A DNA stretch of 64,000 nt from Alphaproteobacteria bacterium (lineage in GTDB: Bacteria > Pseudomonadota > Alphaproteobacteria > MPNO01 > UBA830), in the NCBI GenBank assembly GCA_964291215.2, contig OZ219791.1:800001-864000 (forward strand), read 5' to 3'. The notes under the pieces are model-generated. The model worked only from the letters and a program-made list of their open reading frames with translations, was not told the DNA's origin and ran no database searches. Made by a program: the position numbers and the translations under genes. Below are positions 30,558 to 43,770 of this stretch, one piece after another. Numbering within the stretch: the first letter of the stretch is position 1; each line of letters begins with the position of its first letter.

Positions 30558-33257
30558 GTGAGCGCAACCGGACAGGATACCATCGGAGCATGTCGAACCC
30601 TTGACGTGAACGGCCGATCCTACGAGTACTACAGTCTCGACGCCATCGGGAAGGCCGGATTCGGTGATATCTCGCGCTTGCCGTTTTCGCTGAAGATTCT
30701 GGTCGAGAACCTGCTGCGCCACGAGGACGGGCGCTCGGTAACCGTCGACGACATTCGCAACGCCGCCGGCTGGCTGGAGTCGCGGACCTCCGACCTCGAG
30801 ATCGCCTACCGGCCCGCGCGCATCCTGTTGCAGGATTTCACCGGCGTTCCCGCCGTCGTCGACCTGGCGGCGATGCGCCAAGCCATGGTCGATCTCGGCG
30901 GCGATCCGCAGAGGATCAACCCGCTCAGCGCCGTCGACCTGGTCATCGACCATTCGGTCATGATCGACGAATTCGGCACCAATGACGCCTTCGTCCGCAA
31001 TGTCGAGAATGAGTTCGAACGCAACCGCGAACGCTACGAATTCCTGCGCTGGGGCTCCAACGCGTTCGACAATTTCCGCGTCGTGCCCCCGGGCACCGGT
31101 ATCTGCCACCAGGTCAATCTCGAATACCTGTCCCAGACCGTGTGGACGAGCGAGGACGCGAACGGCCGCACCGTCGCCTATCCCGACACCGCGGTCGGCA
31201 CCGACAGCCACACGACGATGGTCAACGGGCTCGCCGTGCTCGCATGGGGCGTCGGCGGCATCGAGGCCGAGGCGGCGATGCTCGGACAGCCCATCTCGAT
31301 GCTGCTGCCGGACGTGGTCGGCGTCAAGCTGATCGGGGAGCTCCGCGAAGGCATGACCGCGACCGACCTAGTGCTCACGGTCACGCAGATGTTGCGTGCC
31401 CGCGGCGTTGTCGGGAAGTTCGTCGAGTTCTTCGGGCCCGGCGTCGGACAGCTGTCGCTGCCGGACCGCGCGACCATTGGCAACATGGCGCCTGAATATG
31501 GCGCTACATGTGGTTTCTTCCCCGTGGACGCGGAAACCTGCGACTATCTCCGCTTCACCGGTCGCGATCCGGAACGGGTGGCCCTGGTCGAGGCCTACGC
31601 GAAGGCTCAGGGCATGTGGCGCGGCGACGACATGCCGGAGCCGCTGTTCACCGACACGCTCGATCTCGATCTCGGCACTGTCGAACCGTCGCTAGCCGGC
31701 CCCAAGCGCCCGCAGGACAGGGTTGTCCTCTCGGAGGTTCGGTCAGTAGCCATAAATGCGATTCGCGAACACCGAAACTCCGAGCCCGCGGAGAGCGACC
31801 AGCTCGCCCGCGCTGTCGGCGACGACTTCGAGGTCGAGGACGGCGATGTGGTCATTGCCGCGATCACCAGCTGTACCAACACATCCAACCCCTCGGTCCT
31901 GGTGGCCGCGGGGCTGCTGGCGCAGAACGCGAGGGCCCGGGGGCTGAAGACCAAGCCGTGGGTCAAGACATCGCTGGCGCCGGGGAGCCAGGTCGTGCGC
32001 GACTATCTCGAGCGCGCCGGGCTGCAGGAGGATCTCGACGCGCTCGGCTTCAATATTGTCGGCTTCGGGTGCACGACATGCATCGGCAATTCCGGCCCCC
32101 TGCCCGAAAAGGTTGCCGATGCGGTTGAGAGCGCAGACCTCGTGGCCGGCGCCGTGCTTTCGGGCAACCGCAATTTCGAGGGACGGGTCCACGCCCAGGT
32201 GCGGGCGAATTTCCTCGCTTCGCCGCCGCTTGTGGTCGCCTACGCCCTTGCCGGCTCGCTCAGGACCGACATGACGTCGGATCCGCTCGGGCTCGATTCG
32301 GAAGGCGAGCCGGTGTATCTTGCGGACATCTGGCCCAGCAACGGCGAGGTTCGCGACACAATCCGCGACTGCCTGACCGACGAGATGTACCGCACCCGCT
32401 ATGCCGACGTGTTCCAGGGCCCCGAACAGTGGAAGGCGATCGAAAGCCCTGGCAGCGAGACCTACAGCTGGCAGGATTCCAGCACCTACGTGAAGTATCC
32501 AACCTTCTTTTCCGGGATGACGCGCGAGCCCGGCGAGGTTGCCGACATCGTTGGTGCGCGGCCGCTTCTCATGCTCGGCGATTCGGTGACGACGGATCAC
32601 ATCTCCCCCGCCGGGAGCATCCAGCGCCAGAGTCCGGCCGGCGAATACCTGCTTGAGCGCCAGATCCGCCCGGCCCAGTTCAATTCCTACGGATCCCGCC
32701 GCGGCAACCACGAAGTGATGATGCGGGGCACCTTCGCCAATATCCGGATACGCAACGAGATGACCCCGGGCATCGAGGGCGGTGTCACCGTCCATCAGCC
32801 CTCGGGCGAGCAGATGCCGGTCTATGACGCGGCCATGAAATACCAGGCCTCCGGCACGCCGCTGGTTATCGTCGGCGGCAAGGAATACGGAACCGGCTCA
32901 TCGCGCGACTGGGCGGCGAAGGGGACCGTGCTTCTCGGCGTGAAGGTGGTGATCACCGAGAGCTTCGAACGGATTCATCGCTCCAACCTGATCGGGATGG
33001 GAGTGCTTCCGCTGCAGTTCAAGCCTGGCGAGACGCGGCGGACGCTGAACCTCGACGGTACCGAGACCTTCGACATTTCCGGCATCGCGTCGGGCATGGA
33101 GCCGCGCTGCGAGCTTCGCTGCACAATCCGCCGGACCGATGGCTCGCACCAGGAAATCGCGCTTGACTGCCGCATCGACACGCTCGACGAACTTGACTAC
33201 TACCGCCACGGCGGAATTCTCCGCTATGTCGTGCGCAACATGCTCGAGGCCGCCTGA
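30558..33257 (+). CDS. acnA: Aconitate hydratase A
   Basis: QDFTGVP, DSHTTM, AAITSCTNTSNP, GCTTCIGNSG, GSSRDWAAKG. Confidence 0.97.
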   Translation: MSATGQDTIGACRTLDVNGRSYEYYSLDAIGKAGFGDISRLPFSLKILVENLLRHEDGRSVTVDDIRNAAGWLESRTSDLEIAYRPARILLQDFTGVPAVVDLAAMRQAMVDLGGDPQRINPLSAVDLVIDHSVMIDEFGTNDAFVRNVENEFERNRERYEFLRWGSNAFDNFRVVPPGTGICHQVNLEYLSQTVWTSEDANGRTVAYPDTAVGTDSHTTMVNGLAVLAWGVGGIEAEAAMLGQPISMLLPDVVGVKLIGELREGMTATDLVLTVTQMLRARGVVGKFVEFFGPGVGQLSLPDRATIGNMAPEYGATCGFFPVDAETCDYLRFTGRDPERVALVEAYAKAQGMWRGDDMPEPLFTDTLDLDLGTVEPSLAGPKRPQDRVVLSEVRSVAINAIREHRNSEPAESDQLARAVGDDFEVEDGDVVIAAITSCTNTSNPSVLVAAGLLAQNARARGLKTKPWVKTSLAPGSQVVRDYLERAGLQEDLDALGFNIVGFGCTTCIGNSGPLPEKVADAVESADLVAGAVLSGNRNFEGRVHAQVRANFLASPPLVVAYALAGSLRTDMTSDPLGLDSEGEPVYLADIWPSNGEVRDTIRDCLTDEMYRTRYADVFQGPEQWKAIESPGSETYSWQDSSTYVKYPTFFSGMTREPGEVADIVGARPLLMLGDSVTTDHISPAGSIQRQSPAGEYLLERQIRPAQFNSYGSRRGNHEVMMRGTFANIRIRNEMTPGIEGGVTVHQPSGEQMPVYDAAMKYQASGTPLVIVGGKEYGTGSSRDWAAKGTVLLGVKVVITESFERIHRSNLIGMGVLPLQFKPGETRRTLNLDGTETFDISGIASGMEPRCELRCTIRRTDGSHQEIALDCRIDTLDELDYYRHGGILRYVVRNMLEAA

Positions 33258-33289
33258 CCGGGCCGGCGCGTCATGGCCGTCGGGACGGA

Positions 33290-34696
33290 TCAGACGTGAA
33301 TCGCCGCCCCGCCGACGCCGAGGGCGGCTTCCTTCACGGCCTCGTTGAGGGTCGGATGTGCGTGGCAGGTGTGCGCGATGTCTTCTGCCGAAGCTCTGAA
33401 TTCCATCGCCAGCGCAATCTCGGCAATCAATGTCCCGGCGTCGGCGCCGAGCACATGCGCGCCCAGGACCTCGTCGCTTGAGGCGTCGGTGAGAATCTTG
33501 ACGAAGCCGGCGGTCTCGCCGGCGGTGCGCGCCCGTGAATTGGCGGCAAGCGGAAACTTCCCTGACAGGTAGTCGATGCCGGCGTCCTTGAGCTGCTGCT
33601 CGGTCCTGCCCACGGACGCAGCCTCGGGCCAGGTGTAGACGACGGCGGGGATGGCGTTGTAATTCACATGCGCCGCCATTCCGGCCATGCGCTCGACGCA
33701 GGCGATTCCTTCCTCCTCGGCCTTGTGAGCGAGCATCGCGCCCGGTATCGCATCGCCGACCGCGTGGATTCCCTCGATGCTGGTCGCGTAGTGCTCGTCG
33801 ACGAGGATGGCGCCCCGTTCGTCGCGCCTGACGCCGAGTTCGTCGAGGCCGAGTCCGTCGGTGAACGGTACCCGTCCGATGGACACGAGCACGGCGTCTC
33901 CCGCGACCGTTTCCGCTGTGCCGCCGCCGGCCGGCTCGATGTCGAGGGTCACGCCGCCGTCCGCGGTTCGGGCGTCGGCAACCTTGGTGCCGAGCCGGAA
34001 TTCCATTCCCTGGGCCTTGAGGAGCCGGTGCAGGTGACGGCTGATCTCGGCGTCCATGCCGGGCACGATGGCGTCGAGAAACTCGATCACGGTCACGCGT
34101 GCGCCGAGGCGCAGCCATATGGAGCCCATCTCGAGTCCGATATAGCCGCCGCCGATGACGATCAGGTGGCCCGGAACCTCGCCGAGCGCGAGCGCTCCGG
34201 TTGAGGACAGGATGCGGTCCTCGTCGATCTCGATCCCGGGCAGCGGGGCGGGCACGGAGCCGGTGGCGACAAGGACCCGCGCGGTCTCGATCATCGTTGT
34301 CTCGTCGCCGGCGGATACCTCGACCCGGTCCGGCGCGGCGATCCTGGCGGTGCCGGCCATACCGTCGACGCCGTTCTTTTTGAACAGGAAGCCGATGCCG
34401 TTGCAGAGGTCCGCGACCACCTTATCCTTGCGCGCCATCATGACGGCAAGATCGAGTCCGACCTCGCCGGTCGTGATGCCGTGGTCCGCAAGATCGCGCC
34501 GGGCCTTGTCGAACAGGTGCGAGGAGTGAAGGAGCGCCTTCGACGGGATGCAGCCGATATTGAGGCAAGTTCCACCCCAGGTGCCGCGACTGTCGATGCA
34601 GGCTGTCCGCATGCCGAGCTGCGCGGCGCGGATCGCTGCGACGTAGCCGCCCGGCCCGGCGCCGATGACGACGAGATCGTATCCGTTTTCTGCCAT
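33290..34696 (-). CDS. lpdA: Dihydrolipoamide dehydrogenase
   Basis: GAGPGG, GGTCLNIGCIPSK, HAHPT. Confidence 0.95.
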   Translation of the reverse strand: MAENGYDLVVIGAGPGGYVAAIRAAQLGMRTACIDSRGTWGGTCLNIGCIPSKALLHSSHLFDKARRDLADHGITTGEVGLDLAVMMARKDKVVADLCNGIGFLFKKNGVDGMAGTARIAAPDRVEVSAGDETTMIETARVLVATGSVPAPLPGIEIDEDRILSSTGALALGEVPGHLIVIGGGYIGLEMGSIWLRLGARVTVIEFLDAIVPGMDAEISRHLHRLLKAQGMEFRLGTKVADARTADGGVTLDIEPAGGGTAETVAGDAVLVSIGRVPFTDGLGLDELGVRRDERGAILVDEHYATSIEGIHAVGDAIPGAMLAHKAEEEGIACVERMAGMAAHVNYNAIPAVVYTWPEAASVGRTEQQLKDAGIDYLSGKFPLAANSRARTAGETAGFVKILTDASSDEVLGAHVLGADAGTLIAEIALAMEFRASAEDIAHTCHAHPTLNEAVKEAALGVGGAAIHV

Positions 34697-34710
34697 CGCT
34701 TCCGCGCCCG

Positions 34711-35874
34711 TCACAGTGCGAGCAGGATCCGTTCGGGATCCTCGACGCACTGCTTGACCCGCACCAGGAACGTCACTGCTTCGCGGCCGTCGACGATGCG
34801 GTGATCGTAGCTGAGCGCGACATACATCATCGGTCTGATCGCGATGGCGTCGCCGACGGCGACCGGGCGGCGGTCGATCCTGTGCATGCCGAGAATGCCC
34901 GACTGCGGCGGGTTGAGTATCGGGGTCGACATCATCGAGCCGTAGATGCCGCCGTTGGTGATCGTGAAGGTGCCGCCGGAAAGATCTTCCATCGTCAGCT
35001 TGCCGTCGCGTGCCCGCGCCCCGAAATCGCCGATCGCCTTCTCGATCTCGGCAAAGGCAAGCCGGTCAACGTCGCGCAGCACCGGCACCACGAGGCCCTG
35101 CTCGGTGCCGACGGCAACGCCGATGTCGTAATGGTTCTTGTACACCAGGTCGTTGCCGTCGATCTCGGCGTTGACCGCCGGAAGCTCCCTGAGCGCAACC
35201 ACGCAGGCCTTGACAAAGAACGACATGAATCCGAGGCGGCAACCATGGCGTTCCTCGAACTCTCCACGGTATTTCTCGCGACAGGCCATGACGTTGGTCA
35301 TGTCGATCTCGTTGAAGGTTGTCAGCATCGCCGCCGTGTTCTGGGCCTCCTTGAGCCGCTCGGCGATGCGTCGGCGAAGGCGGGTCATGGGCACCCGTTC
35401 CTCGCGCGGATCATCGGCCCGCACCGCCGCCACGGATGGCGGCGGTTCAGGTTCAGCCGCGGCCTCCCGGTTCTTCAGATGGGCCAGCACGTCACCCTTG
35501 GTGAGGCGGCTGTTCCTGCCGGTAGCCGGAATTGTTGCGGGATCGAGGCCCTTCTCCTTGACCAGCCGGCGCACAGCCGGCGACAGCCGGTCGCTACTGT
35601 CCGCGTCGGGCGTCGCCGGCCGGCCGGCTGCCGGCGCGCCGTCGCTGATGGTGCCGAGCAGAGCGCCCACCTCCACATTGTCGCCTTCGTGCGCGACGAT
35701 CTCGGCGAGGGTGCCAGCGCTTGCCGCGGGAATCTCCAGCGTGACCTTGTCGGTTTCGAGCTCGACGACCGGTTCGTCCCGGGCGATGTTGTCGCCGACG
35801 GATTTGATCCACTTGCTGACGGTGGCCTCGGTAATCGATTCGCCGAGAACCGGAACGAGGATCTGGATGGTCAT
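34711..35874 (-). CDS. sucB: 2-oxoglutarate dehydrogenase E2
   Basis: Lipoyl motif ETDKV; DHRIVDGRE; start reassigned to MTIQILVP. Confidence 0.95.
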   Translation of the reverse strand: MTIQILVPVLGESITEATVSKWIKSVGDNIARDEPVVELETDKVTLEIPAASAGTLAEIVAHEGDNVEVGALLGTISDGAPAAGRPATPDADSSDRLSPAVRRLVKEKGLDPATIPATGRNSRLTKGDVLAHLKNREAAAEPEPPPSVAAVRADDPREERVPMTRLRRRIAERLKEAQNTAAMLTTFNEIDMTNVMACREKYRGEFEERHGCRLGFMSFFVKACVVALRELPAVNAEIDGNDLVYKNHYDIGVAVGTEQGLVVPVLRDVDRLAFAEIEKAIGDFGARARDGKLTMEDLSGGTFTITNGGIYGSMMSTPILNPPQSGILGMHRIDRRPVAVGDAIAIRPMMYVALSYDHRIVDGREAVTFLVRVKQCVEDPERILLAL

Positions 35875-35894
35875 TCTGCGCCTCCCGATAAACG

Positions 35895-38747
35895 TCAGGC
35901 GGTAAGGGCCTGCGCGACCAGCTTCGCCTGTTCGCGGTTGTGCTTGCCGAACGAACCGGTCGCCGGAGCCGCCGCTTCCGGCCGCCCGGCATAGGAGGGG
36001 CGTCGCGCGGCGACATCCAGCCCGTCGAGAACTCTCTCGATGCGGCGGTCGACGAAGCTCCATGCCCCCATGTTCTCCGGCTCCTCCTGGCACCACACCA
36101 CGGCGGCTGCGGGATATTTCCGGAGTTCCTTGGCCAGCGAGGCTTCCGGGAACGGGTAGAGCTGTTCGAGGCGGATCAGTGCGACATCGTCGATACCCTG
36201 TTCTTCTCGTGCCGCCAGTAGGTCGAAATAGACCTTGCCCGAACACAGGACTGCCCGTTTCACGCGGTCGTCCGGCGCCAGCGCGGCGGTTTCGGGAAGG
36301 ACGCGGCTGAACGCGGTCCCGGCCCCCAGATCGTCGAGCGCTGAAATGCACCGCTTGTGCCGGAGCAACGATTTCGGGCTCATGATGACCAGCGGCTTGC
36401 GGAAGTTGCGCAGGACCTGGCGCCGCAGCGCGTGGAAGTAGTTGGCGGGGCTGGTAAGGTTGCAGATCTGCCAGTTGTCCTCGGCGCACAGCTGCAGGTA
36501 GCGTTCGAGCCGGGCCGACGAATGTTCCGGCCCCTGGCCCTCGAAGCCGTGCGGCAGGAGCATCACCAGCCCCGACATGCGCAGCCATTTGGATTCGCCC
36601 GACGATATGAACTGGTCGAAAATGAACTGGGCGCCGTTCGCGAAATCGCCGAACTGCGCTTCCCAGACCACCAGCACGTTGGGATCGGCGAGGCTGTAGC
36701 CGTACTCGAATCCGAGCACCGCGGCTTCGGAGAGCGTGCTGTTGCGGGCGATCATCTTCTCCTGGTTGCCCGGCCGGATCTGCTCGAGGGGGATGTAGGG
36801 CTGCTCGGTTTCCTGGTCGATGACAACCGCGTGGCGCTGCGAGAAGGTGCCTCGCGCCACGTCCTGTCCGCTGATGCGCACCAGGAACCCCTCGGTAAGC
36901 AGGGTTCCGAAGGCGAGCGCCTCCGCCGTCGCCCAGTCGATGTCCTGGCCGGTCTCAATGGCCTTGCGGCGATTGTCGAAGAAGCGCTTCAGCTTGGGAT
37001 TGAGGTTGATGGCCCCGGGAATGGTGGAGATCGCCATCCCGACCTCGTTGAGGTGGTCGGCCGCAACTCCGCTCTCGCCCTTGCGCTGCTCCATGGACGG
37101 GGCGGTCGTTAATCCTGACCACACGCCCTCGAGCCAGTCCGCCTTGTTGGGCCGGTAGGATGTGGCGGCCGCAAAATCCGCGTCGAGCCGGCCGCGTATC
37201 TCCGCCTCGATGTCGGCCAGCCACTTCTCGGTGACGAGGGATTCCCCGAGCAGCTTCTCGGCGTAGATCTCGCGCGTGCTCGGATGGTTCGAGATGGCGT
37301 TGTACATGCGCGGCTGCGTGAAGGCGGGTTCGTCGCCCTCGTTGTGTCCGAAGCGCCGGTAACACCACATGTCGATCACCACATCCTTGCGGAAGCGCTG
37401 GCGGAATTCGGTGGCGATGCGGCAGACATGGACGACCGCTTCGACATCGTCGCCGTTGACGTGGAAGATCGGCGCCTGCGCCATCTTGGCGATCTCGGTC
37501 GGATAGCGCGAGGCGCGGGTGGCGCTCGGGTTGGTGGTGAAGCCGATCTGGTTGTTGACCACGAAATGAATCGTGCCGCCGGTCCGGTAGCCCTTGATGT
37601 CCGACAGCCCGAACGTCTCAGCGACGATGCCTTGCCCCCCGAACGCCGCGTCGCCGTGCATCAGCAGCCCAAGAACCTTCTTGCGTTCCCGGTCTCGGTG
37701 CTGGCGTTGCTTCGCGCGTACCTTGCCGACGACAACAGGGTCGACCGATTCGAGATGCGACGGGTTGGCCGCCAGCGAGATGTGGACGGGTTCGCCGTCG
37801 AACTCGCGGTCGGTGGAGGTTCCGAGGTGGTACTTGACGTCGCCCGACCCTTGCACATCGTCGGGCAGGACGACGCCACCCTGAAACTCGGAGAAAACGG
37901 CGGCGAATGGCTTCTTCATCACGTTGGCGAGCACGTTCAGGCGGCCGCGATGGGGCATGCCGACGACCACCTCCCTGATGCCGAGCTGGCTGCCGCGTTT
38001 GAGTATCTGTTCGATGCCTGGCACCAGCGACTCACCGCCGTCGAGCCCGAACCGCTTGGTCCCCGGATGCTTGACGTGGAGGAACTGCTCGAAGAGTTCG
38101 GCCTCCGCCAGCCGTTCGTAGATCGTCGCCTTGCCGAGATCGGTGAACTGCGTCTGGTTGTGGATGCCCTCGATTCGTTCCTGGATCCAGGTCCGTTCCT
38201 CGGTCGAGGTGATGTGCATGTATTCGACACCGATATGGCCGCAATAGGTCTCGCGCACGCGGGTGACGATGTCACGGAGCGTCGCCTTCTCCCCGAGCCC
38301 CAGCCGGTCGTGAATGTAGATCTCGCGGTCTTGATCGCGTTCGCTGAAGCCCCAGGACTCGGGATCAAGTTCGGTGTGGTTCAGCGGCCCCTCGATCCCG
38401 AGGGGATCGAGCCGGGCGTAGAGATGCCCGCGCACGCGGTGCGAGCGGATCAGCATCAGGACTTGGATGGAGTCGCGCGATGCGTCCGAGAGGCTTTGGG
38501 CGGTGCTGTTGGCGGGCGCCGCCGGGCGGGCGCCGCCGGCGCCAATGACCTTGGTGTCGCGCGGTGCCCAGCTGGCGCCTGCGAGATCCCTCAGGATCTC
38601 GGGCGCCTCGTCCTCGATTTCGGCGAAGAAGTCCGCCCATTCGGCATCCACCGCGCCACGGTTCTCGAGATAGCGCGCATGAAGCTCGGCCACGAAAGCG
38701 CCGTTGGCGCCTGTGAGCGCGGTGTTCCGGACAGGGTGATCGGTCAT
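35895..38747 (-). CDS. sucA: 2-oxoglutarate dehydrogenase E1
   Basis: [33 protein letters not shown]. Confidence 0.96.
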   Translation of the reverse strand: MTDHPVRNTALTGANGAFVAELHARYLENRGAVDAEWADFFAEIEDEAPEILRDLAGASWAPRDTKVIGAGGARPAAPANSTAQSLSDASRDSIQVLMLIRSHRVRGHLYARLDPLGIEGPLNHTELDPESWGFSERDQDREIYIHDRLGLGEKATLRDIVTRVRETYCGHIGVEYMHITSTEERTWIQERIEGIHNQTQFTDLGKATIYERLAEAELFEQFLHVKHPGTKRFGLDGGESLVPGIEQILKRGSQLGIREVVVGMPHRGRLNVLANVMKKPFAAVFSEFQGGVVLPDDVQGSGDVKYHLGTSTDREFDGEPVHISLAANPSHLESVDPVVVGKVRAKQRQHRDRERKKVLGLLMHGDAAFGGQGIVAETFGLSDIKGYRTGGTIHFVVNNQIGFTTNPSATRASRYPTEIAKMAQAPIFHVNGDDVEAVVHVCRIATEFRQRFRKDVVIDMWCYRRFGHNEGDEPAFTQPRMYNAISNHPSTREIYAEKLLGESLVTEKWLADIEAEIRGRLDADFAAATSYRPNKADWLEGVWSGLTTAPSMEQRKGESGVAADHLNEVGMAISTIPGAINLNPKLKRFFDNRRKAIETGQDIDWATAEALAFGTLLTEGFLVRISGQDVARGTFSQRHAVVIDQETEQPYIPLEQIRPGNQEKMIARNSTLSEAAVLGFEYGYSLADPNVLVVWEAQFGDFANGAQFIFDQFISSGESKWLRMSGLVMLLPHGFEGQGPEHSSARLERYLQLCAEDNWQICNLTSPANYFHALRRQVLRNFRKPLVIMSPKSLLRHKRCISALDDLGAGTAFSRVLPETAALAPDDRVKRAVLCSGKVYFDLLAAREEQGIDDVALIRLEQLYPFPEASLAKELRKYPAAAVVWCQEEPENMGAWSFVDRRIERVLDGLDVAARRPSYAGRPEAAAPATGSFGKHNREQAKLVAQALTA

Positions 38748-38815
38748 GGTCTCGGCAGCCTCTCCGTGCGCCCGGTCTACTGGAGCAACAGTGCTGCAAC
38801 TATAGCTCCGCCAGC

Positions 38816-39691
38816 CTAGCCGTTCATCGCTTTCAGCATCGTCGTACCGATTTCCGCGGGCGACGCCGATACCGTGATTCCGGCGCTCTTCATTGCCTCG
38901 ATCTTGTCGCCGGCACTGCCCTTGCCGCCCGAGATGATCGCGCCTGCATGTCCCATGCGGCGGCCGGGTGGCGCGGAGATGCCGGCGATGAAGCCGACGA
39001 CCGGCTTCCTCACCGGCGATGTCCTGATAAGGTCGGCGGCGTCTTCCTCGGCCGATCCGCCGATTTCACCAATCATCACGATGCCCTCGGTCTCGTCGTC
39101 ATCGAGGAACATCTCGATGCAGTCGACGAAGTTCATGCCCTGGACGGGATCGCCGCCGATGCCGACACAGGTGCTCTGGCCGAGCCCGATCCCGGTGGTC
39201 TGCGCGACCGCCTCGTAGGTCAGGGTCCCCGATCGCGAGACGATGCCGATCCTGCCGCGCATGTGGATGTGACCGGGCATGATGCCGATCTTGCATTCGT
39301 CGGGCGTGATCACGCCGGGACAGTTGGGACCGATCAGCCGGCTGGCGGAACCCGACAGCGCGCGTTTGACGCGGACCATGTCGAGTACCGGTATGCCCTC
39401 GGTGATGCAGACGACGAGCGGGATGCAGGCGTCGACGGCTTCGAGGATGGCGTCGGCCGCGAACGGTGGCGGCACGTAGATCACCGAGGCGTTGGCGCCG
39501 GTCACCGCCGCCGCCTCGGCAACGGTGTCGAAAACCGGGAGGTCGAGATGCGCCGTGCCACCCTTGCCGGGCGTCACCCCGCCCGCCATTGCGGTGCCGT
39601 AGGCAATCGCCTGTTCCGAATGGAACGTGCCCTGGGCGCCCGTGAACCCCTGGCAGATGGCCTTGGTGTTCCTGTCGACCAAAACCGACAT
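38816..39691 (-). CDS. sucD: Succinyl-CoA synthetase alpha subunit
   Basis: QGFTG, GPNCPG, RMGHAGA. Confidence 0.96.
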   Translation of the reverse strand: MSVLVDRNTKAICQGFTGAQGTFHSEQAIAYGTAMAGGVTPGKGGTAHLDLPVFDTVAEAAAVTGANASVIYVPPPFAADAILEAVDACIPLVVCITEGIPVLDMVRVKRALSGSASRLIGPNCPGVITPDECKIGIMPGHIHMRGRIGIVSRSGTLTYEAVAQTTGIGLGQSTCVGIGGDPVQGMNFVDCIEMFLDDDETEGIVMIGEIGGSAEEDAADLIRTSPVRKPVVGFIAGISAPPGRRMGHAGAIISGGKGSAGDKIEAMKSAGITVSASPAEIGTTMLKAMNG

Positions 39692-40860
39692 CAGACGCCC
39701 TCCCCCGCGACCCGGACAGCCTTCTCCGCGGCGTCTCCGAGATCGTCCGCAGACACGATGGGCAGCCCGGACTCCTCCAGGATTTTCTTGCCGAGATCGA
39801 CATTGGTGCCCGCCAGCCTGACGACCAGGGGCACTCCGAGGCTGACCTCGCGCGCCGCTGCGACCACCCCCTCGGCGATCACGTCGCAGCGCATGATGCC
39901 GCCAAAGATGTTGACGAGGATGGCCTCGACGCTGCTGTCCGACAGTATGAGCTTGAATGCGGTGGTAACCCGTTCCCTGGTCGCCCCGCCGCCGACATCG
40001 AGGAAGTTGGCGGGCGCACCGCCGCACAGCTTTATGATGTCCATGGTGGCCATCGCAAGACCGGCGCCGTTGACCATGCAGCCGATATTGCCGTCGAGCT
40101 TGATGTAGTTGAGTTCATGGTGCGTGGCCTCAAGCTCCATCGGGTCCTCTTCCACCTCGTCCCTGAGTTCGAGAACCGCTTCGTGGCGGAACAGCGCGTT
40201 GTCGTCGAAATTCATCTTCGCGTCGAGCGCCAGCACCTCGCCGCCGCCGGTGACTACGAGCGGGTTGATCTCGATCACCGAGGCGTCGAGATCGGTGAAG
40301 GCGTCATACATTGCCATCACGAACCGCGAGACCGATCTAATCTGCTGGCTCGTGAATCCGAGCGCGAATGCCAGCCGGCGGGCATGGAAGGGCTGGAGGC
40401 CGGTGGCCGGATCGATGGCGAGCTGGTGGATCTTCTCGGGCGACATCGCCGCGACCTCCTCGATCTCCATGCCGCCTTCCGTCGATGCTATCACGGTGAT
40501 GCGGCTCGCGGCGCGGTCGACGAGCATGCCGAGATAGAGTTCCCGGGAGATGTTGCACCCGTCCTCGACATAGACCCGCTGGACGACGCGTCCCTCTGGG
40601 CCGGTCTGGTGGGTGACCAGCGTCATGCCGAGCATGGCACGCGCCGTCTCGCGGACCTCCTCGACCGACCGCACCACCTTGACGCCGCCGCCCTTGCCGC
40701 GTCCGCCGGCATGAATCTGCGCCTTGACCACCCAGACGGGGCCGCCGAGTTCCGCCGCCGCCTCGGCGGCTGCGTCTGCCTCGGTGGCCATCCGGCCACG
40801 CGGCACGGCAACGCCGTATCCGGCCAGGAGTTCCTTGGCCTGGTATTCGTGAACGTTCAT
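39691..40860 (-). CDS. sucC: Succinyl-CoA synthetase beta subunit
   Basis: [29 protein letters not shown]. Confidence 0.96.
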   Translation of the reverse strand: MNVHEYQAKELLAGYGVAVPRGRMATEADAAAEAAAELGGPVWVVKAQIHAGGRGKGGGVKVVRSVEEVRETARAMLGMTLVTHQTGPEGRVVQRVYVEDGCNISRELYLGMLVDRAASRITVIASTEGGMEIEEVAAMSPEKIHQLAIDPATGLQPFHARRLAFALGFTSQQIRSVSRFVMAMYDAFTDLDASVIEINPLVVTGGGEVLALDAKMNFDDNALFRHEAVLELRDEVEEDPMELEATHHELNYIKLDGNIGCMVNGAGLAMATMDIIKLCGGAPANFLDVGGGATRERVTTAFKLILSDSSVEAILVNIFGGIMRCDVIAEGVVAAAREVSLGVPLVVRLAGTNVDLGKKILEESGLPIVSADDLGDAAEKAVRVAGEGV

Positions 40861-40914
40861 CTGCTGTTCCGTTTCCTCGATCCGCCGTCGGGGCAGTCGG
40901 AAGGCGGCCGCCAG

Positions 40915-41949
<1,035 letters not shown>

Positions 41950-42164
41950 CTACAGGGCGGCTAGTTAACGCAGATCAGGACTCAATACAAGGGCATGCGC
42001 GTCGCCGTCAGGACTTTCCCACGCTGCACTCGATCTTGCCGACTGCTGATGGAGGGAGGTTGTACAGCCTGCCGGGTTTTCTGGCTTTGGGGCCGTCCAC
42101 GGGTCGCCGCAGCCGAAAAACCTGGCAAGAATGCAGAAATTTGTGCCCTATTCAGCGGTCATTG

Positions 42165-42265
42165 GTAACTGCCCCCCCTGGTTTCGACTTGATGTCGGGG
42201 TGGAGCAACGAATGGGTTTTCGTTGAGATCTGACACTGCAGATCGATTCGGTTAGTGTGAACTTC
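42165..42265 (+). mobile_element. IS66 left-end remnant
   Basis: Aligns with the starts of the elements at 12247 and 49819; truncated at IS630. Confidence 0.8.
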
Positions 42266-43516
42266 CTAGTAGTATAACATTATTGGATTGACGAATATAG
42301 TGACTTCAGTTTCGTTCGGGCATCCTTCGTCGTGAAACGCCAGTCGACAGTGACATCGGCCGCATTGCGCCGTTCCGCCCACGCCGCCGTCTCCTGCCGC
42401 ATGGTGTCTCTGTCGGGAATGCGTCGCCGAAGGCATTGCCGCGACAGCGCACCGATCTCGATTTCGGCCATGTTGAGCCAGCTTCGGCGTGTAGCGAAAC
42501 TCGAACCGCTTTCGCACCCGCCTCCTCGGGCTCGAAGGCTTCATACAGCGACTGTGCGTGTTCAGATTGTCCAGCACGATCTTCCTGTCGGGGAAATGGA
42601 TGTCGGCAAGCTCCCGGATGAAGTGCGCCCAGTCCCGCGGCGGTCGGTGACTTTCACCGTGCGCCAGTTCTCGTTGGGCGCAAAGGCCATGAAGAGGTTG
42701 GCCGTGCCGTTGCGCTCATATTCATAGTCGACCACCTCCGGCTGACCGGGGGATGCGGGTTTCCTGCTGCCGGCTGGCCTCGCACACCAGCACCTCATCC
42801 CCGGCAAAGTCCCGCTGATAAATGTCAAGTACGTCCGCCGCTACGAACTGTGCGCTCCGGTGCGGTGGAATGCACCAGTACTGCTTCAGCCACGGTTTGA
42901 TCTCTTTTTTTAGCGTCTTCCTGACCGTCTCTTCCGAAATGCGCTCGACAATCTCCATCTCCACCAGACGGCCGGCGAGCAGCTTCAGCGTCCACAGCCC
43001 TCGGGCGGGGACGAACAGGGCGACCAGCTTCGCCTCCATCGCCCCGTCCAGCCGTTTTGGCCGGCGGTTCACCTGCTCCTTGCGGCTGAGGGCGGCGTCC
43101 AGCCCCTCCAGGACGCAGCGCTTGCGCAAACGCTCGACCGTCGCCGTGCCCAGCCCTTGCGCAATGTCGGCATCGACAAGCCGAGCGCCGTCGCGCCCCT
43201 AGTCGGCCAACATCAGGATTTGTGCCCGGCGCCAGGCAGCCCCGGTGCCGTCGACAATTGCCTTCAGATCCTGGCGCTCCTGCGCTGAAAGGGTCACGCG
43301 GTAGAGCTTCCTGCCCCGAGAGTTGGCCATATGCGCCGCTCCTGTCATTGCGCCGAAGACCTGCGGGCATGCCCGTTGTCCGGACCTGCGCATGGGGCTG
43401 CCTGCCTGTTCGGCATCTGCCCGTGTGGATATCGACACTGTCCGGATTCCAACGGATGCCGACACGGAAATACTACCCACAAAAAAACCATCAATACAAT
43501 GCCGGTGGACTACTAG
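42266..43516 (-). mobile_element. IS630-family element copy A, degenerate
   Basis: CTAG at both ends; WTLKLLA, DYEYERNGTANLF, MAEIEIG; paralog of 59527-60752. Confidence 0.9.
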
Positions 43517-43770
43517 GCTAGCTCCGCCAAGTCCTGATCCTGGCTGAATATTACGGCTACATCGAGAGCGCCGTTGCGCGCGATTCGCACCATGTCGAGA
43601 CCAATCCGAAGGTCTGTTTCCTTCTCGCGCTGTGCCGGCACACCATGCGTCGTACCGTCCGGAAGCGGGACCCGCTCGGAGCGCGGTTTCCGGGAGGTCG
43701 CGAGAATCCCGACGCGGCTCATTGCGGTCGGGCACCGCGCCCGGCACGCCGGATCTTTCCTGGCGTCGGG
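43517..43770 (-). pseudogene. Internal fragment of an NYN-domain protein
   Basis: EKETDLRIGLDMVR...DVAVIFSQDQDLAE; cut by IS ends on both sides. Confidence 0.65.

Noticed and set aside
42890-42915. Programmed -1 frameshift at the A-run in IS630 (also about 60098-60106)
   Set aside because: Plausible and already known for IS630, but not distinguishable from decay in these copies
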